DNA from: Antechinus flavipes
Lineage: Eukaryota
Length of the DNA stretch: 64,000 nucleotides
Direction: 5' to 3'
Assembly: GCF_016432865.1 (NCBI RefSeq)
Contig: NC_067400.1
Coordinates: 611,878,001-611,942,000, forward strand
The notes under the pieces were generated by a model, which did no database searches, was not told the DNA's origin, and was given only the letters and a program-made list of their open reading frames with translations. Both the position numbers and the translations under genes were made by a program. Within the stretch, counting starts at the first letter, position 1. Each line of letters begins with the position of its first letter. This document shows, in pieces, positions 57,601 through 64,000 of this stretch.

Positions 57601-60299
57601 AACGTCCAGAAGGGCTGAGAGAGATGGATAGAGAGGCAGAGACAAGAAAGAGACTGGAATAGAAGGAGGGACAGAGACAGAGATGGTCAAGAAAGGAGAT
57701 CAGGGGAGAGAAGGAGAGACAGGGACAAGAGGCTGGTATGGAAGGGGAAGGTGAGAGGGAGAGACAGAAAATGGAGGAAGACCAAAGAAAAAGAAACGGA
57801 GGTAGAAGACATGGAGGGAATAAAAGCTAGACTAAGGATGGGGGGAGAAAAGGAAGGAAGACTGGATGGAGAGCTTACAAAAGAGAAGGAGCAGGGTAGA
57901 AAGAGGAGCCAGGAGAAGGACAAGGTAGAGGAAGACAGGAAAAGAAGGAAGGGTGAGAAGGACTGGAGAGAATCAGAGAGGAGATTAGGAGAAAGATAAG
58001 AGACAGGGAGAGATCCAGGAGGAAACAAAACTAGGTAAAAAATAGAGACTGCAAGGCAAAACAATTGACATTTAGAAAGCACTTTATTTACACTGTCTTC
58101 TTGGGCTCTCACCCTTAGGAAGAAAGTATTATTAGCCTCATTTTATAAATGCTGGGACTGAAGGTCAGAGAGGTTGAATAACTGGACCCTGATTGCACAG
58201 CTGGTAAGTACCAGAGCCAGATTTTCTGCCTTCAGGTCTGTTATTCTTTCTACTGCACTATGAGTCCTCCTTCAAAGAGACAGAGAGATTCAGAGACAGA
58301 GAGAGAGACAAAGAGAAAGCGAGACAGAGACAGAAAAAGATAAGAGAGAGAGAGAGAGACAGATACAGAGACAGAGACACATAGAGAAAGAAGACATAGA
58401 TGAAGACAGAGATACAGATTCAGAGAGACAGGAAGAGCCAAAGAGCCAGAGAGAGAGTGGGAGGGAAGGAGAGGGGGAGGGAGAAGAAAGAGAGATTGGG
58501 GGTGGGAGTGGGAACCAGGAGAGAGTGGGAGATAAGAATTCTTAGGCAGAAGGACCGTGAGGGGGCTGAGTAGAGCCAGAATTAGGTAGAACCTAGGGAT
58601 TGGGACCTGAGGGCCTGGATCCCTGAGAAGATTGGGGGATGATGAGGAACCTGTGTCCTGGCAAAGACCTGGCTGGCCTGGGAGGACTCGTTGTGCGGGA
58701 GGCTTGGTTGGGAGCAAGGAGGGGCAAGCAGGGACAATGGCCTAGATGTCACCCTTTGTCCCGGAACATCTCGAGCCAGAGAACAAAGATGCCGCACCCC
58801 AATCTGGAGCTAGGAGCACAGTGCCCCGGTCACTTGCTCAGGGACAAGGGGAAATGAAGGAGAAAGCACAAAAGATCATAGTGAGAGCGACACGGGAGGA
58901 CAAAGGGGGACAATGTAAAGGGGGAAGAAAACAGAAATAGTAGAAGAGGGCAGAGTTTGGATAAACATGAAGAGAATAGTATGAGGAAATATGGGATGAC
59001 AAAGAAAACAGTGGGGGGAATAACAAACAGTATGGATGATCGAGTGACAAAAGTATGGGGGGAGAGGTCTGTGGAGGGCCAAAGCAAAAGCAAACAGAAA
59101 GAATGAGTAGTAATGTGGGAGATAGTGTGGTGAGGAGAGGGGAGAGATGGGAAAACATAGGGGCAATGCAGATCCAAGGGGGACAGATGTGAGAAACAGT
59201 GATTGAGGAGCCAGCGTTGAAGAGAAATAACAATGGGGGATGGGCTGTGAGGGACCGTATGGAGGGCAGATGTAAAGCTAGTGCATGTAGGGAGCATGAG
59301 GGAGAAAAAGGAGATTGGATGTAATTGGGGGACAGTGTGTAGGGGATATAATAAAGAAGTTAGAGGAAAGGGGGGGATGGAGGAATCGAAGTGCCAGAGA
59401 GACGTAGAGGACGGCGAGAAGGTGACTTGGGAGATAATTTAGGAAAAGACACGGGGTCATAGTGTATTGTTCAAGGGGCATGGGAGCAGTATGGGAGATT
59501 GTAAGGGAACATGGAGAAAGGAGTGCTGGAAGTGTAATGAAGACAGTGTGAGGAGACAGAAGAGCTCAAAGAGACATTGTGGGGCGACCTGGTGAATAGA
59601 GGGGCAGTGTCAAGGATGGGAGGGAATAGTGGGAACGATGGGATGGAGCAGGGAAGACCCCTGAAAGGCTACCCAGAACTTAGACACTGCGGGGACACGT
59701 GGGGGAGAATGGAGAGGCAGCATGTGGGAGAGTGTGGTGGGGACTTTGTGGGCAGTAAGGGAAGGATTCCAGGATCCCTGAGAGGAACACGGGGACCCTA
59801 GGGAGGGATGAACCATGTGAAGTGTCTGAGAGGCAGACAAGAAAGAGACTGGGATTGAAATTGGGTGGGGAGAAGATAGATAGGGACAGGCAAAGAAGAG
59901 AATCAGAGAAAGAAAGAAACGGGATGGAAAGGCAAGAGAAAGAGAATGAAAGGGACACAGGAGAGGCAAAGGAAGGGGAATAGAAGCAGGCACAGTCGGG
60001 GAACAGTTCAGCAAATGGTGGGAAATATGGAGGACATGTGAAATAACACAATAGATAATGTAAGGGGACTGGATTGGAGTTATGGGGTAGTATTCTACTC
60101 TTTTTTATTATAGCTTTTCATTTACAAAACACATGCATGGGTAATTTTTCAGAATTGACCCTTGCAAAACCTGTTCCACCCCCCCCCCCAGATGGCAGGT
60201 AGACCAATAGTATTGTACTCCTTGTACAATATTCCCCAATTAGCCCCACACTAGTTGTGTTCCTGGGACAACTACATGTTAAAGTAATTGAAGTGCCTG

Positions 60300-60520
60300 T
60301 TCAGAGGTCAAGAAAATTCATCTTCTTGAGTTTAAATCCAGACTCAGGCATTTACCAGTTGTGCAATCCTAGGAAAGTCACTTCATCCTATTTACCTCAG
60401 TTTCCCCCTTTGTGAAATGAGCCGGGGAAGAAAATGGGAAATCAATCTAGTATCTCTGCCAAGAAAACTCCAGATGGGGTCATGGACAATCAGACATGAC
60501 TGAAAAATGACTGAACAAGA
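60300..60520 (+). mobile_element. MAR1/MIR-like CORE-SINE
   Basis: CTCAGTTTCCCCCTTTGTGAAATGAGC..GAAAATGG..CCAAGAAAACTCC..GGGGTCATG. Confidence 0.7.
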
Positions 60521-63479
60521 AAGTTGTATTCCTTTCCTTCTGCTCATCCAGCAAATTCTTTTATTTCCTTTTGCAGAGAACAATGTTTTACCTGTCTGCA
60601 CATGGGCAGTCTCTAGTAGCCCAAGATGGGTCTTAACCATGTGTTTCTTCCCAAAGCCCTGTGGGAAAGAGGAACTAGGAAAAGGTCTGCTTACAGCTGA
60701 GGAAGGGAAGGGAACAGGGAAGAAACTCCTTCCCTTCTCCCTCTTTACCAGTAGAATGTAAGCTCCCTGAGAGCAGGCACTTTTAAATGTCTCTAGCACC
60801 TAGTACAATGCTTAGCACATGATAGGCACTTAAGGATTGATTCATCAATCAAAAGGTGAAAAAAATGAGGTAGATGGAAGTAGAAAAGACTCCCAATAAT
60901 CTTCACTGTCTCTAAGGCTAGTTGAAGGGAGGGATCTCTCCGTGCAGGAAGGTCCAAAGCAGACTGGAGGAAGTCCTGCTTGTGGAAGGGCAACCCCTGG
61001 GGGGTCTGGGTTCAGATTTGTCCCATCCCCCCCCAGTCCCACGGCCTCAGCTCAGCTTCTCCCTGATGGAGTGAACCAGCAGTCAGCACCTGTGTCCTAT
61101 GGAATTCCCTGGGACCTTGTGAATGGGCTCACAGGTTTGGAACTGGACAAGATCATGTCCGACAGGCTCGCTTGACAAATAGAGACCCTCAAGCAGAGGG
61201 AGGCCATAGAACATGTGTTCTGCCTTCTCTGAGCCTGGATTTCAGACTGGATTTCAGAGCATGTGTGGGAGGGGGGGGGGCTTCAATCCCACTATTCAAT
61301 TTATAGACAGTCCAGATGGAGCCTCCAGCATCTCCCCAGCTCAGAAAACGTACCTTGGAATCAGTGGGCTCCCGTCCAAATTGCTCTGGAGTCAAAGCTC
61401 TCTCTGATCTGGATCCATTCTCTTTGGTGCTCTGTGCTCGCAGCCAAACTGGAGTCACTGCCCCCCAGTCTCCCCACATTTTCCTAGCGGCCCCTCAGCC
61501 TGGAAGGGCTGTCCCTCCACCGCATCTCACTTTCCCATCTTGGCCTAGTAGAATGCGATCCATCTCACACAACCTTCACGCTCTCCCCCAGTGAGGACCA
61601 AGGGACCACTGTCCATCCCTCCCTTCCCCTTCCACGACTGGCTCTGAGAGCCCAACGCTTCCCCAGCAGCCTGGCTCCCATCTCCCCGGGGACTCTGGGT
61701 ACATCAGCCTTCCGCACAAGGTCAGGAGAAGCTGTGGACCACAGCTGGAGAACTGGGGAGTTCTGGAGATGAGTGTTCCCTGGGGTAACGACCTGAATCC
61801 ATCATTGCTGATGAATTGGCTGGGCCGTGGCCGTCAAGAAACCACACGAGACCAGTGGGACAATGACAACGTTACTCAGTCTGTCCTTGCTGTGGCCGGT
61901 GCTATTGAACAGCCATCTTGGGGGTCCCCCAAATCCTTAGTGACCGCAGGAAAACCTCCTCTCAGCCACCCTTCCCAGCGGATCCCAGGAGCGTCTCCGT
62001 GTCACCATGGAGTGGGAGTACAAAACAGAGGTCAGGGTCCTGGAGCTGGAGTTAGGAAGATCTGGCTTCGGATCTCCCTCCTCAGACTCCGGGCGAGACA
62101 CTGAAACTTTTCTTAGCCTCAGTTTCCTACTCTGTAAAATCTGATAGGTTTGAACCAGGCAGCCTCGAAACTTGCCCAGCGGCCTGTGATCCTCAAATTG
62201 CCCCGTTTCCCCAGACCAAAACCATCTCCTGGGACTCAGAAGACCAAGCCCAGACTTTTCTGGCTGACCCTCAGCTGTTCGCCATCTAGAGCCACCCCTC
62301 ACGATGCGTCGCTCCCCCTTATACTCTATATATTCCAGGCAAACTGGAGCAAATGGCCTTTGGATCCCCCAGCTGCCTCCCCACCTGAAAGGTGGCCCCT
62401 CCAGCCCACACTGCCCCGTCCCATCTGTCCTTGGAGGCCCAGTTCAGGCACCTTCTCCCGGCACAACGTCCTGACCTCTTCTTCAGCCCGGAGCCTATCC
62501 CTGTGCTCCGGCCCTGTCATCCTAGCCATCACTTAGGCTCCTGGGGTGACTGTATCATGGACTCACAGGTGGAAGGGACTCAGCGAGCCATGGAGCTCAT
62601 TTTACAAGTGAGGGTGCTGAGCCTGAGAGAATGCTCCCTGCCCTGGAAAGAAGGGACAGGCCTGGGGAGAAGCCCCACAATGGAGAATCCTGGTATGGGA
62701 ACGTTCTCCTTATGTCCCCGGGCTCCAGGCAGAAGAGCCAGAAAACCAGGATCCCAGAGATGGGGCTGGCTCCTGTCAACTCTCCGAACGAATGAGGGTT
62801 GGCCCAAGTCTCTAAGCTCCTTCTAGCTGTGACATAGGGGATCCTGTCATTAGTCAAACCCAGCCGGGCTGACCCACCCCCCACCTTGCCAAATCAGGCC
62901 CTGCCCACCAGAGGGATGCCGTCCTGGGCCAGTCTCACGGCTGTCCGGTTCTGGTGGGGTTACAAGGGTGACCCCCCCTGACCTGGGGGACTCCCCCAGC
63001 CCCCGGCCTCGAGCTCCTGGTCTGGAGGGGAGTTTTCTAACAGGACCTGAGAGAGGGTGATGATCACCCCAGGTGGACAAACAGACAGATAAGGGAACGA
63101 ATGAGGCCAGAGATTAGAAAAATAGGTTTCTCTTGACATAATCTCCATAGTGTCCCCACTTTCCCGCCAAGTCCCTCGCGGGATTGTTAAAAATAGGAGG
63201 TTGGGCAGGAGTCGCGAGGTGGGCCAGCATCCAAGCATGGACTCCCCCCATGCCCCTTCTCGGCCCAGCCCCGGCCCCTGGCGTCTGCTCTGTCCACGTC
63301 CATCCCTGGGGCCGGGGCTGGGAGCGCCTGCGAGGCCAGGCCGGGCCAGGCCAAGGAACATCTCAGGACCAAGGCCAGGTCTCAAGGCATCCAAGGGGCC
63401 AAGATGGAGCCAGGCTGAGACTGGAGACATTCTAGGGAGCAGTCCAGATCTAGGGATGTCGGAGGGGTTTCCCTCGGGA

Positions 63480-63984
63480 TCACTGCCCTCCACGTTCATG
63501 AGCGAGTCGGCCCCGAGGGCCCCTCGAAGGCTCGAAGTCCAGTTGTACCAAGGTGTGCCCCTTGATGGGGGTCGGAGGCGTAGGGTCCGAGTCTGAGGCT
63601 GAGCTCTCGGGGCCTGGGGCCGGGGCCCCGCCGTTGGTCTGGGAGCAGACGCTGCTGACCCCTCCCCGAGTCGCGGGCTTGCCCGGAGGCTGGTCCCCAT
63701 GCACCTTGTATCGGAGCAGCAGTAGGAAAATGAAGCCCAGCACGGAGGCGACAATAACGCCCCCCAGAGCGATGATCATGGTGCCCCCGAGGACGGGCGC
63801 CCCTGAGTGTGGCGAGCGGCACGGCCGCAGCTCCGGTTCCGTGGAAAAGCGGGCACAGCCCACGGCCCGCGTGGCCGTCAGCCCGGTGGCCCCATCCTCC
63901 GACACTGCCAGCACGCAGAGGTCATAGGTGCGCCCCGACACCAGGTCCGTCAGGTGGAAGGAGCGGCTTCCAGCGGGGACCATC
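63480..63984 (-). CDS. LRFN3: Leucine-rich repeat and fibronectin type III domain-containing 3 (SALM4), last coding exon
   Basis: Acceptor ttgcttgcag|G; FN3 end [57 protein letters not shown]; no PDZ motif, as in LRFN3. Confidence 0.95.
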
Positions 63985-64000
63985 CTGCAAGCAAGAAGGG

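Noticed and set aside
57620-60060. Purine-rich ORFs upstream of the FCGBP-like promoter
   Set aside because: Low-complexity GA-rich sequence with no splice or domain support.
63480-63560. LRFN3 lacking a PDZ-binding C-terminus
   Set aside because: This is normal for LRFN3/SALM4.

Overview
Mammalian genomic DNA, most likely from a marsupial and probably a dasyurid (WSINE1/MAR-type SINEs, RTE and L1 remnants, an OC1-type hAT MITE). It is GC-rich and gene-dense, with short introns and intronic VNTRs, and matches the human 19q13.12 block. On + lie CLIP3 (last 12 coding exons), ALKBH6 (complete) and a diverged SYNE4/nesprin-4. A repeat-filled spacer follows, then on - lie SDHAF1 and the last exon of LRFN3. 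The main surprise sits between SDHAF1 and LRFN3: a ~28 kb FCGBP-like gene on -, where I know of no such gene in human. By hand I built a 20-exon, phase-consistent, stop-free model of ~2,968 aa (signal peptide, IgGFc-binding N-domain, 6 VWD-C8-TIL units). Relative to canonical FCGBP it lacks every GDPH autocleavage site and has lost one VWD disulfide pair in concert. It also lacks one whole VWD unit, carries a ~130-aa Thr/Gly/Trp insert inside VWD1, and has an intron that looks like former coding sequence. All gene models are manual splice-site and phase reconstructions. Comparisons with human proteins are from memory, no searches were run, and repeat family names are approximate.
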